DNA of 61,942 bases, the filler included, from Sphacelaria rigidula (Eukaryota), in assembly GCA_964200075.2 (NCBI GenBank). It is 5 parts of 5 records of this genome, joined end to end, with 100 filler letters (N's around TTAATTAATTAA, not from the genome) between each part and the next. Parts side by side here need not be neighbours in the genome. Positions count along the whole stretch, not along the records: positions 24,826 to 37,136 come from CAXNAA020003902.1; positions 37,237 to 49,540 come from CAXNAA020003903.1; 3 more parts are not named here. One strand, written 5' to 3'. The number at the start of each line of letters is the position of its first letter. The first letter of the stretch is position 1. The translations under genes were made by a program, and so were the position numbers. Under the pieces are notes generated by a model, which saw only the letters and a list, made by a program, of their open reading frames with translations, was not told the DNA's origin and did no database searches. Of the stretch, positions 26,468 to 38,930 are shown in pieces.

Positions 26468-27581
26468 AAAGAAGGTGGTGAAACAACACGCCATTTTGTG
26501 TAATTTTGTAGTCATATCTGGCGCGTTGATGGCAGTCCCCGCCAAAATGCAGATTTGAACAGGGGACCCTCGAAAACATGATGCAAACAAAACATACCTA
26601 CAGTATGGGATTACCAACCAAATAAATACTCGTACTCCATTTGTTAGACACTTGCACATATTCCTTGCCATATTTCGCGAAGTGCCCAACATTCGTACAA
26701 TGTAACCGTACGTACGAGTACTGGTAAGACGAACGATCGACGCCTCTTGCTCTCTCAATTTTGAAGAAACATGCGAATGATGCTACCGGAATATCAGAGG
26801 TGTTTCGTATTCTGGTGCTAATAATATGGAATTCATGGCGCCTCCCGACATCCGACCCGCTGCCAGATAGAGCGCCTAATGTTTGTATGTGTTATTTGTA
26901 TGGGCGTCGGTCACACCATGGAGCTCGCGCGGCATCAGCAACTGAAATCCCCAACACGACCGGCGGCCCTCACAATCACGTCACCTGGGCGCCAACCCGC
27001 CGACGCTATTTTTGCAAAGGTTCAGGTTGAAGATCAAAGATTCCTCGGGTGGGGTACATACGGTACCGACTGCCAGATACGCTCAGTTTTCAAGGTTACC
27101 CGGGGTACGAGTATCGACGACCACAAATACTCAAAAGAGAGTACGTAGAACATCAGAGTTAAACAACAAAGGTATCGACGGCCCAAGAATATACTCTTCC
27201 TCCGCACTCGAAAAACTAAAACAAAACTACCCTACCTTCAGCACCTTTTATACTTTCGTTACCATCACTTGGGGAAGAAGTAGGGTGTATATTTCTCCTC
27301 TTCGTCGTGGCAGGGATGGAATCGATACAACAGTGAGCTTGTCACTGGGTACATACCGCGGTTAGGGTACATACCACGTGGTACCCTGGATCTTCAGGGC
27401 ATTACTTCGGGTACACAGTGCTCCACAGTCCGCAGGGTACGGACTGTCGAAAATACTGAGTACCGCAGTGCACCGAGGTTATCGACAACCCCCCAGATAC
27501 CCTCTTCTGTACCCTGCCCTACCCGAATCATGTTCGCTATTTTGTACCCTAGGGGAAGTTTGTGGACGTAGCGACCACTTT

Positions 27582-27871
27582 CCCCCCCCCCCCGTTTTTC
27601 TACATTGCACATCTATTCTTCATCGGATAATCGGGACTTTAACCCTTTTGGGACCGGGCCTCGAGAACAACCAATGAGGCTGGTTAGAAATGACGCGTCT
27701 GGCGTCTGCACGAAACAGTGGCGTGTCCCCCCCCCCCGTTTTTTTTACATTGCACATCTTTTCTTCATCGGATAATCGGGACTTTAACCCTTTTGGGACC
27801 GGGCCTCGAGAACAACCAATGAGGCTGGTTAGAAATGACGCGTCTGGCGTCTGCACGAAACAGTGGCGTGT
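27582..27871 (+). repeat. Near-perfect tandem duplication, 2 x 145 bp, each unit starting with a C-run
   Basis: 27582-27726 and 27727-27871 differ by only a few bases. Confidence 0.95.
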
Positions 27872-30800
27872 TGCTGAAAATCCGATGTAACCGCAAGGTT
27901 ATGAGGAAGACCGAAAGTTCCGTTCAATCTATTTTCAGGTGCAGGGTGCGCATTAGGTAGTATACATCTGATGTAGCAAGCAGTATGGGTTGCGGTAGAG
28001 AGCTTCCAACGAAACGCGGCGAGCGGCGAGCGGCGGCCCGCCGGCCACTTGTGGCTTTGGATGATATTATTGTCCCCATCACCTCGCCACACAGCCCTTT
28101 GTGGTCGGGGTGGGCCGCCATTTCCCTCTTTGTTGCATGCGGAACTCTCTTCAAAGGGAATCAGCTTTGCGGCGCGCATGCACACAGTATAGTGCAGTGT
28201 AGTACGCCTCCGCGATCGCCGTCGCAGGTGCAGCAACACACTCCCTTGTTCTGGGCAGTTTTCAGCTACCGAGATCAACTGCCTATATACAGCTTTTTCA
28301 TACCCATCCACTATATACTTGTTGACTGCTATACTGAATGCAAGTAATGCCATAAACCAAGTCCCGACCGCCCTGCACTTGAAAACCTGGGAAGGCTTAT
28401 CTGGGCCAGGGATAGGGCCCCCACACGATCTTTGCAGTGGCATCATACTCGCCTACAATTCCCGAGCTACTGGTCGATAAATTTCGCCTCGCCGTGATTG
28501 GGCAGGTCGCTCAAAGATTTTTTAAAATTATTTCACGAACACAGGATCAATCCTGCGTTAGTGGGGGGTAGTTCCCAAAAGGATTGACTCCAAGCACAAG
28601 TCCCGCTCCTTGAAAAGAGCTACTTTAGCAGCGTTGCGCCAAGGGAAAACAAAAATATTTTTTCGGAACAGAATCTGACGATTTTTGCCTCTAGTGCGCA
28701 CACCCGCAGCGCACAATACCAGATATAGCGACGTGGAACTGTTGACTGTGGTTCTCACAACATATGAGCAAAGTTTCAGCGCCTTGCAGCGGCTACAGCG
28801 CGCGTAGGGCAGTGCGTAATGAACTGCGCAGCTTGACAGACTGTGTGCCGATCGGTGCAATACGTATGGTCATGATCCAGAGAGGGTCGAAGTACAGACC
28901 GGTGTCAGTTTTTTACCACATCGGCCGCCCAGCCGCACTAAATGTCCAAGTTTGTGCATCTGCGCGTGCATGTATGCATTTATCTGTAGTGCGCAAAGTC
29001 TGGGCAGCTGCATGGCCGATTCGAGAGCGCATGGACGGCATTCCCGACAATCGGTTGGGGCCATGTTGTACGGTGTTCCCCCGCCCAATCGCGCGGATAC
29101 CCAAGTTGCACTGAAAAATGGTGGTTTAGCCTGGTTTACCGTAGGAAAGTACTCAAATAAACATGAGATGCAGTCACGCCCTGATTACACCGCACATCAG
29201 ATGCGGTTACGTAGTATTACGGTACGGGTATTATCTGTAGACCGTACATTGCGTTAGCGTATTATACTGCACTTTATACAGTGGTCATGACGGAGTTTTC
29301 AAATTTCAAACCCATCAGCTCCGCCGCCAGACATGCATGCAAACGATTGTGCCGTTCTCCGGTGCGACAAAAGCAATTGAGATGCTTCTTCTTCACGCAG
29401 ATTGTACATTCCATATACTGCGCCCTGAGCTCGGTGGTGCGCTGGAACACCAAGCGTGGTCGCCACCTATCGTCATACAATGGGGCCCGGAAGGCACCCG
29501 TACCGAGGAACATCATGCACACCACCGAACGCCGGATGTGATCACGTTCTCGGCCTACAACTTGTGCCGACGATCCAACTTTGAACACAGCTTTTCAGAT
29601 ATAAGGTGTTGAGGGGTAGGTCGTCCCTCTGGGGCACGTCGCTTGGATGAACTACACCTACTTTGCGGATGATCCAAGCTGGTAGTTTATATATACAATG
29701 ATTCTTGCACGCGAAAATCGGCGTCCATGTGATTTTTTTTTCTTCTGGCGCAACACTGTAGATGCTCGCGTTTGTGCCAAGGTCGGCAGCCCCGGTCACT
29801 TGAGTGTGGGAACAAACTCAAGGTGCAGGGATCATACACGCTACTGTTAGTGTTGTCTGTAGTGAAGCCTGCAAAAGTGGATATTGTCTGGGGAACAGAC
29901 AATGCAGAACCTGAGGAACACCAGGAACGTCCTCTTCGTTCTCCTCGCTTCTGTCTGCAGTATCAAGATTATCCACAAGATCCATTTGCACTCTCCATCC
30001 AAGAGACCAGGTGGCGGCGTGGTTGTATCAATTTGAATCTCCAATATCTGCTTTGGTTCCTCCGAGGACACAAAGCTTGCCGCGGACGTAGGTAGTCCGC
30101 CGGAGCGTCAGGGCCCATCACAAGGGGCATGAAAAATGAAGCAGCGAAGAACAAAGACAGAGCAAGTGCGCAAAAACAGCATGCTGATTGGTCGCTGCGA
30201 CACCACGCGGCGGAATGACCATCAACATTTTGCTTTCGGACTTTGGACGCTTGCCTTGCTCCTTGCTCCTTTTCTTTTCAAAGCTCTCGTTGATAAACAC
30301 GTGGTTGTGACACTCTTTTTTCAGGGAAACATGATGCCAACGCAACAAACAGGAAGCAAATGAAGAAAGACATTTGGATTCTCAAAGGGTTGAAGTATTG
30401 ACGACATTCGCTGATGTTTGTCAAGGGGCGGGTGACACTTGCGTGCACTACCCATGACTGGCTGTACCGAATTAAAAAAAATAACCAAGGGAACGTCAAT
30501 CGAAGCGTCTAAGATGAGGTGCGCTGTGAGTATTGTGCGCCAGGAAGGGATCAGTGCTCTCGTGTGTGTGTGCAGCATTCATCCATGGCTGCACACGCCT
30601 TTTTTTTCATTCTACTGCTGTACCTGTAGGATACTTGTGGGATCATCGATCACCTCGTACACCTCAACTACTCCACACCATATTTATTGACTGTTTCACT
30701 ACTGTACCTGCCCAACTGGAGCCATACGGGCAGGACGTGCACCCCAGCGGCGTCATGTACGGTGAGGAGGGCACAGAGCATAAGAAGTGCAGCGGTGAAA

Positions 30801-32381
30801 GGGTGTGCACAAGGCGGGTTTACGCAAGTTGATTCGAGCTAAAACGCGTGCCTGGCTCGACTTCACGGCACGGTAACGGGGAACCTGAAGCCCCGGTGAA
30901 CAGACAAGCAGTACAGTACAGTAAACATCTGAGTCTTGCGGAGTGTGGAGGATACTGTACCGATTTTGTGCGCATGATGATTTTCGGGGTCCCTACACAC
31001 ACCAACTATTTTTTACACCACAACCGTAGGTAGAACACACAACAGAAGATATGCGAGGATATTCCTGCTTCCCAATACAACAAGAGGTGGGCGGGTGTGG
31101 GATGCGGCCCGGAATCAATTGAACCAACCCAGCCCGCTGTGTGTGGTACGGTGCTATTCCGAAGAGCAGGTGTTGAGTGAACAGCGTTCAATTTCCAATA
31201 CACGATACAACTTGACGTTTTGGTATTTGGTATTTCCATTTCTCCCATCACAGAACACAAGCAAAGTCACTCACGCGCTTGGGCAGTAGTTAAGCCCGCG
31301 ATAGCACCAGCGAGCAGCAGTGATCTCGCTTCTCTTAGCCAAGACGCTTCCATAGTTTGATCCAAAGAACCCGACCAGACCCCCCAGCCTCAGCCTCGGC
31401 GAGCACGGCCCAAATGATGTCCCGAATACCAGCACCAAGGTACTGTACGAAGCTGTAGTTGTACAGGGATGCCATGTCGAAGGGGTGCGGCCTTCAGTCA
31501 TATTCCACACAAAGCGCGTATTTTGTGCCATACTCTAGTAGTTCTTAATGATGTTCTTGTGGGGTGAGGGGTTGGGGGTGCGGTGGACGTCTCGTGGCTC
31601 TGCTGTGTAGGGTATAACGATATTTGTCGCACATAACGCACATATTTTGTAGAGCCTGAACTAGGGTTTCAAAACCTGCAGTGTGTTGTTGGAATGATCA
31701 GCTAGAGTCAAGTCGGGGATACAATGATACGCAGCGCGGTCTGCAGGAAAGGTATAGAGGCGTTCTTACCGCATTCGGAGATCTTCGATGTGGTGGGATG
31801 GTCACCCATCGCAGCGAACAGCGTAGCCGCCGTCATGGAGGGGGGGAATGGACGCCACAGTAGGGATAGCTATTGCATCGAGATGTAAATGCTAGAATGC
31901 GCGATATACATGCCACTTTAAGGTAGTGTCGGGTCACTTGACTTAATCGATTCAGGCTGAAGGAAGGCAACGCCCGCGTGAACATCACACGCTTACGCAA
32001 CATACAAAAGCATGTATCTTTGACAACTACATCTGGGCTGAGGTGTCAAGTGAGACGAGCACCCGGTAGTGCAGTTACTTCAGGGGCACATTAATGTGGG
32101 GATAAATTCGCGACGAAAGATGTGTTGCTTAGCACAGAATCAGTTCTGTCGTGTCCGTGTCGATGGGTCTTCGTTACGAAACCGTCGAAAGTTTCAAGTT
32201 TACAAATGAAGTAGCGAACGAGTCGGCCCGTCTTCGAAAATGCTCACTTCGATTCTCTCGTGATCGCGAAGTGCGTCAACACATACCATACACCGTTCTT
32301 GGAGTGAAGTACCTCTCACAAAGAAGTACCTCTCACAAAGACAACTAAGAGCAAGCGTAAAGGTGTTACTACATAGTGAAC

Positions 32382-34181
32382 ATGACGCGAAGTCCGCGTG
32401 CCTGTCTCAACCTCGGCGTGATGTACCTCGCGTCATCATGCCTGTCCATATTCGATGGACATGGTATTGCGTTCGCCTTACAGCATGACGACGCTAGCAA
32501 CACTGTTTCTGGGAAGATACCATCGATGCCTTCTGATACCGACGGTGCTGCTGCCGCCGCTGCTCTTTCAGCGGCGGCAACTGTGAGCGTAGAAGCAGCA
32601 AAAGCCCCGCCACTACCCCTGCCGAAGGCCTCGGCTGTCGAAGATCACGCAATAGACCACCAACGAAGTCTACAAATCAACGGGACACTGCTAGAAGACA
32701 GCGAAACATTTCCGGGCGACCCAGAAGCGGTGACGCCTGAGTTCAGCTTAACCGATGCATTCCCCGAGGAAGGGTGCTCTAAACCCGCGGTGATGCTGAC
32801 GGCCAAGTCTAAGAAAAATCAACCAGAGACCGGGAGGGTCGCTGCCAACGCGATCGACCGAAACGGCGCCACGTTGTTCAGCGTCCGCGGCCTTAATAGG
32901 TGGCTCGAGCTCGACTTCAGCGGAGGCGAGGGTGGCGATGATTTGGTGGAGGGTGTAGCTATAGGTATGCGCGTGTGTATACAAAATATCCTGTTTTCAT
33001 AGGTACATGATATTACTTTGCTTACAATATGCATCAACTGTATAATTGTCGTGTTCATGTTTATGTTTCATCCAGGCAAGCTCACTCGTGCTTGTTGTGA
33101 TAAGAGCTGCGGTGGCCTTTCCTTTGCTCAACATGTTTGCGCCGTCGTCCGTGAAAATAAATTTCTCGCTTCTGCTTCTTCTATTCAAATGAGAGGCAGA
33201 GAAGACTTTTCTTCATGATGCTCAAGAACGGGACATTTGGTATTTGAGCTCACTGGTTCAAATGCCAAACTACCGCTTCTTGAACAAAAGATATGCTGTG
33301 CACTCCCAGAGCTTCCGCCGCTCTCACACGCAACTCTCTGTCGTATATACATACGTTGTCATTTTTCCCACCACTATCTTGTTGCACCGCAATGTTGATG
33401 TCACCCGCCTGCCCCCCTTCCTGCTCCCGTTCTTTGCTACCGTCGCCATTTCTCCGCTCGGTGCAATTAAGCTTTCTACCGCGGCGATAGGAAAGTTGCC
33501 TTTTTCGATGTGAGTTCTTTCTTCTACTACAATATTATGGTCGAAACGGGCGTATATTTACTGCACTATAATATTGCGCTGTACGGTGCTTGTAGTACCA
33601 CGTTGAAATGACTCGGGATGCAGACAAGCGTCGACAATCACCAGTACTTGACATACAGGGGTCACTCGAATGATCTATGAAGCCGAGTAGACAACGGCAC
33701 TTACATTTTTCCTGCTAACGTTGTTTCCATCGACTCGACTCTCTCTGAGTGGTGCATATATGATTTCGTGTTTAGCCCTCAGCCACTATATCACTTGGCC
33801 AATCATCTTATTCCTCCATATGTCGTGCGTTTGTACCATCCCCCATGGTCGTCGTGTCAGATGTGAACAAAATCGAACGGGCATCTTTGAGACAAGAGGT
33901 TCGATGTAGTCGGAAGCCCCAGTTCGATTCACCCGCACGTATTGTTTGATTCGGCTCTCACGGGGACTGTGCGGCCCACTCCGTGCTGTGTTCTACACAC
34001 CTATGGACAGATATCTCTCATGAACGCAGCCGGTGATGAAGTTGCGACGATCACAGATCAATGGAGCTCGGGGCTGACCGAAGAATTCGAGGAGTTCTAC
34101 TTCAAAGAGCCCATCGAAGGTTCCGCCATCCGAATCAGATTGAAGGGAACCACTGCCGGTAAATGGAACACGATCAGAGAG
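32382..34181 (+). CDS. Secreted protein with F5/8 type C (CBM32-like) carbohydrate-binding domain; first three exons, 3' part not resolved
   Basis: Exons 32382-32964, 33472-33509 and 34011-34181 join through GT-AG introns (phase 1, then 0). Joined product: ...AANAIDRNGATLFSVRGLNRWLELDF...VEGVAI/AFYRGDRKVAFFD/ISLMNAAG...WSSGLTEEFEEFYF...IRIRLKGTTAGKWNTIRE, the F5/8-type pattern. Hydrophobic N-terminus; a donor GTGAGT follows exon 3. Confidence 0.85.
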
Positions 34182-34249
34182 GTGAGTTTGTTCTGTCTGT
34201 GTTGTCGCCACAGAGCATGATCAAGGACCGACGTCAATCACCCATCTCC

Positions 34250-34360
34250 TCGCGAGCCTGGTCCGGCGAAAACCCGGCGTGCCCCGTCCCGGCTTTGTAG
34301 GGATGCGAGGTCAATGGTCAGATGACTATGGCATGCATAATCATGAGTACACTCCCCTCT
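34250..34360 (+). mobile_element. 5'-truncated copy of the same element, in the CBM32 gene intron
   Basis: TCGCGAGCCTGGTCCGGCGAAAACCCGGCG...GGCATGCATAATCATGAGTACACTCCCCTCT. Confidence 0.8.
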
Positions 34361-34649
34361 CGAGCCGTTAATGGCCTGCTTGTTTTGCGACTCATAATGG
34401 GCGTGCTTGAGAGCGGGCCGTCGAGCAATCTGTTGCCAAATCCTGCTCTCGTCCGGCAGTAGCAGCAGCAGCAGCAGCAATGCATTGGGAGCCGTACGTG
34501 TAGGCGAAATGAGTACCACCCGCGTCGGGCAGGATGCAGATCGGGTTCGTAACGTGTTGAAATTAGACGGGTCTGATCGTTTCGTGACAAGGATAATGTA
34601 TGTAGGGGGCTCAGATATCCCTCAGCACTCGGACAAAACATACAGATTA

Positions 34650-34860
34650 TTTCAAGGGCAGGTCGGGTGGAGTGTACTCAATTGCGGGGTATTTCAAAAG
34701 ACGTACTTGAGGTCCTCAAATTAGGGTAGAGTGTTAGGAGCCGTACCCAAAAAATAACTGAAAATCGACCCCTGAAAACTTACACCCAATTCGTGTACTT
34801 CAAGTACGACTTTCAAAATACCCCGCAATTGAGTGCACTCTACTCGACCTGCCCTTGGAG
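34650..34860. mobile_element. MITE with ~62-bp terminal inverted repeats and TA flanks (Tc1/mariner, Stowaway-like)
   Basis: TA|TTTCAAGGGCAGGTCGGGTGGAGTGTACTCAATTGCGGGGTATT... pairs with ...AATACCCCGCAATTGAGTGCACTCTACTCGACCTGCCCTTGGAG|TA. Confidence 0.85.
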
Positions 34861-37136
34861 TATGTTGCATGTCCAAACGGATTTTTTCTGCTTCGTTCTG
34901 TTTCTCTCGTTGTACGCTCACCCCTACGTTCCCCTCCTTCCTGGGGAGGAATCGGTGCTCTCAAGGCATAAACCTACGTCTCCCCCAGCGTACGATCGTA
35001 TCTATATTACACTTCATGATCGAGCGCTGAATCAGCACTCCCACGGGTCGATTTCATTTTTCAAATACCCCACCACTGGTGTTATGGTATGGGGGAGTAA
35101 TGACGATGCATTTTTTCTGGCTTTATTTGTCGAACAGTCAAACACCTTCAGGTTTTTCTAATCTCGGAGCCACTTTTTCAGGAGCGGGTTCATGACACAG
35201 ATCAATCTACGGTACACCTTCATATTTGATGCTGTAGCCTTGACTCCGGAACGCTGATGCGCAGAACCAAGGCACTGATGGAAAAAGTCACATTGCCATG
35301 GAGTACACTGGGGCAAATTGCTTTCAGAGATCAAGCCCATGAAGTGTTGGCGGGGCGAACTAGACAGAACAGGACACTATTTGAGCACAAATTTGAATGC
35401 CTACCATGGGTTCGTATGCTTGAGTTTAGCCGCTTTCGCCCAATCCAAATAGTGGACTCCATTCTGCCCCTACTGTGACCAGGGCATCCAAATAGTAGAC
35501 TCTATTCTGCCCCTCTTCTGGTCAGGGCGTGCCTATGTATCCGAGAGAACAAGGTCCTCGCTACTATCGCTCATGTACACGAGAAGCTGGGAATATTCGA
35601 GGGTCCTGCACGGCATCGATTTCCGCGGGGGTGTCATCTCGCGTTTATTGCCTGTTTTTGTGCAGAATCCTGAGATGATCTTTGTTGCCGAGCCATACCA
35701 ACCATACTCAACACTTTTGTAACCCACACAACGAGTTGTGCCCCTACACGACCCTATCGGTCACAGAGGCAACCCCGAGCGATTTCAATGGCATGCGTGA
35801 TTGCTCAGATGTCTGTGGTGTTGTCGTGGGAGATTTTTTGATGATCGGGTCGTGCGGTGCGGCCTTGCTGACTGACCATGAGGGCAGCAGCACAGTTTTG
35901 CACGCAGGGTGGGCTGTTTTTGATCACTTCTCTATAAGCCCATACAACCACGTACTACTGACCACATAGTTGCTGTTGCGTCGAAGGGCTTGTCTACCCA
36001 CTTCATTATGCCTTCGCCGACTGCAACGTAGCTTCCGCAAATATATGGTCAACACAAGAATTTGGAGCCACCAGTTGCCCCTTTTCCAATACAGCACAGC
36101 TGAGTTCCGTAGCCGCGGTCGGTGTTGACTCTTTTGAGAGCGGAGTTGACTTGACGGGGGTAAGGTTGTACTATGGTGAATCGGCACCATTTTCACTTGA
36201 AAACGACTGAAAATGATGCCAGTTCACAAATTAACCTTGCTCGTAGACCAGCCTCTCACTCCAGGTTAGTGGGGGTCCGGTCCCAAAAGGATTACGTTGT
36301 CATGTTCTACTCCGCAATTGCGGCGAGATGTTGACCGTTGGAATCCCTCGGCGTTTTTTGCTGCAATCCTGCGCTACCGCTTGGAAAAACGCTTTGCTGC
36401 ACACATAAACGAGAATGACCCGTGTCCTCTGAAGGATGGAAGCGAAAAGCATCTAGTTTTTTGGTTGCGATGCAGAACCCCATGCCCATACGTGACCAGC
36501 ATATCTACACGGCATATTTGATGAGACGAGTCGTCGTCATGCAGTCCTTTGCTTCTACATCCGACACGTGCGGGTGCCCTGATTCTCTCCCCCGCTTGGC
36601 ATATCGACAAGGATTGTAACGGCTATCAATGCACACCCATCATGAGTAACCGTTCTCTTGTCCATGTTACACAGCGCGTGGCTATACATACGCCCATTTT
36701 CGCGGCACCTACACGTGTCTAAAAATATTTGCTGCTGCATGGCAACAACGCCCCAACTGAGTGTCCGTATCATCCCTCCCCTCCCCCTCCGGTGCGCGTG
36801 CTTCTCTTCCCGGTAAAAATTCGGCCGCGCATAGCGATTCAAGGATGATGATTGGTCGCCGGTACACACGTCAAACTTGTGAAACGTAGTTTATTATTAT
36901 TCTTGTTGTTTCCGCACATTAGTCCGATCTCTCGGACCCGGAGTAATATTGGCCATAAAATACGACATAACCCAGCGTATCGCTTCATCCGGATGTCATA
37001 GGGGTGCGAGAGGAAAACTCGAAAGACTGACTACAGTTGCGGCATGCGCTATTATTAGTATCTCCTTTACAGACTGCAACACGGGTTTAATAACCGACCC
37101 CTCCACCCCCCCCCCCCCCCCCCAGCCCGTGCCCCC

Positions 37137-37236
37137 NNNNNNNNNNNNNNNNNNNNNNNNNNNNNNNNNNNNNNNNNNNNTTAATTAATTAANNNNNNNN
37201 NNNNNNNNNNNNNNNNNNNNNNNNNNNNNNNNNNNN
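37137..37236. other. Artificial contig spacer
   Basis: Same 44N-TTAATTAATTAA-44N structure. Confidence 0.97.
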
Positions 37237-38193
37237 AGCGCACTTGTTGATATTCGCTGTCACTCTCCACTTCCTAGTGTATTCTAGCACCTTCTGGTGT
37301 CCCCGAAATTCCCACAAAATCATCCGCGAATATCAATCCTGATACCATATCTTCATCTACCTGAACCCCTTGCTTTGCTGCTTCTATTGCTATTATCGAG
37401 CCATTGATAAATACCTCGAACAAAGTGGGTGATAACGTACATCCTTGTGCAACCCCTTGTAAGATGTCGAAATCATTTCGATATTTCCCCGTCTAGCATC
37501 ATGGCAATTTTGGCACATTCTGTCATCTTCTTCACCATGCTCCACCTCTTTTCTCTGACCCCAGCTTCCCACAACTTTTTTCACGGCCCATTCCTCCATA
37601 CTGTGTCATACGCCTTTTGCGCGTCAAGAAAGAAACAGTACGTTGTCCGCCCGTTGTCTTTCCCACCCTGAATAATCTTACTTAGTNNNNNNNNNACATG
37701 GTCTACGCAACTACGGTTTGGTCTGAAACCTGCTTGTGCCTCGCTGACTTCGTCTTCTTTTTCTAGCATCGTTCCTCCTCTATCGTTCAGAATTTCACAG
37801 AACGGTTTCCCTACCGTGCTCAGTAGCGTTATCCCTCTCTAGTTTCCTGGGTCAGCATTGTGTCCTTTTTTAAAAGATTGACGGCTACTCCTTCTCTCCA
37901 CCTCTTGGGTGTGTACTCGTTTTCCCGGATCCAGTTGTACAGCATGACCATCATGGTAATCATTCCTTCTCCCCCGTACTTGAGGAATCCATTCACTATT
38001 CCGTGTGCCCCTGCTGCCTTTCTGTTCTTGAGGTTAGCCATGCACTCCTTTACTTCATCTATAGTAAACTCTCTCTGCAATTCTGGCAAGCCACTATCCT
38101 CCCGTTTCGACGTCTCTACATATGCCTTTGCCCACGCATCGATTTCTTGTTCGAATTCCTTGTCAAACTCCGTGATTGTTTCTGTTGTTCCTA
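37237..38193 (-). mobile_element. 5'-truncated non-LTR retrotransposon (LINE) ORF2, reverse transcriptase region
   Basis: EFTIDEVKECMANLKNRKAAG, QAGFRPNRSCVDH, FFLDAQKAYDTVWR, GVAQGCTLSPTLF and GLIFADD; cut by the contig end. Confidence 0.92.
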
Positions 38194-38195
38194 GA

Positions 38196-38530
38196 GGGGG
38201 GGGGAGGGAGGGGGGGCGGGGCGGGTTGTACTCATGATCATGCATGCCACAGCCATCACACCATTGGCCTCGCACCCCTACAAAACCTGGACGCAGCGCG
38301 CCGGGTTTTCGCTGGACCAGGCTCGCACTCACTCACCAAGCGCGAAGCGCGGTGCTGTGTTTGGCGAGTCGCATAAGAGATGAGCTGCATTCTGCTAGGA
38401 TTGTTCGGCCCGAAGCCTACTGATTACCGTGCATTTGGATGACAGCCTACAACGAGTTGTTTTTTTTCTGGTATTGCCACTTCCAGAGACAGCCATGACT
38501 TATACACTGCCTCATAGGTGACTCACCATG
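38196..38530 (-). mobile_element. ~300-bp non-autonomous (SINE-like) element sharing the LINE 3' end; apparently full-length copy with C-rich tail
   Basis: Starts CATGGTGAGTCAC after a C-run and ends GCATGCATGATCATGAGTAC + C-rich tail. Homologous to 3388-3648, 34250-34360 and 1-28. Confidence 0.8.
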
Positions 38531-38930
38531 CGGCGGGGGGGGGAGAGGGGGATTGTAGCAACAGTAGCAACACTCGTTTGGATTCTAGGTTCCCGATTCG
38601 AGTACAGCATCTTTTGAAGGGGGGGTGACACACATCGAATGACAAAGGTAAGCTAGCATCTCAAAGATATGCGCCCTGAAATTCGTGAGGAAGCTCCAGA
38701 GTGGAGCGACGCCGCATTGTCCTGTTTAGATATAGAATTTGATTTGATAGCGAACAAGTCAAGGAGGGTTCATAGACCTAAGTTCACTGGGTACAGGTCT
38801 CAAACACTAATACACTCGTGTCACCCGAAGGACTGCTATCGCTAGCAGCGTTTCGCTAGCAGTGCGACATGAAAAAAACACATCCCTGCAATGTACAGAA
38901 TGTATATCATCAGCAACGTTGGTGCCTCAC

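Noticed and set aside
35443-35528. Two-copy ~43-bp tandem duplications here and at 57985-58045
   Set aside because: Real but only two diverged units each, unrelated in sequence to the 16.3-kb array; ordinary local duplications.
38650-38725. Candidate last exon of the hydrolase (CAG|DNAASLHSG...)
   Set aside because: The in-phase translation lacks the expected terminal helix pattern; cannot be supported without transcripts.
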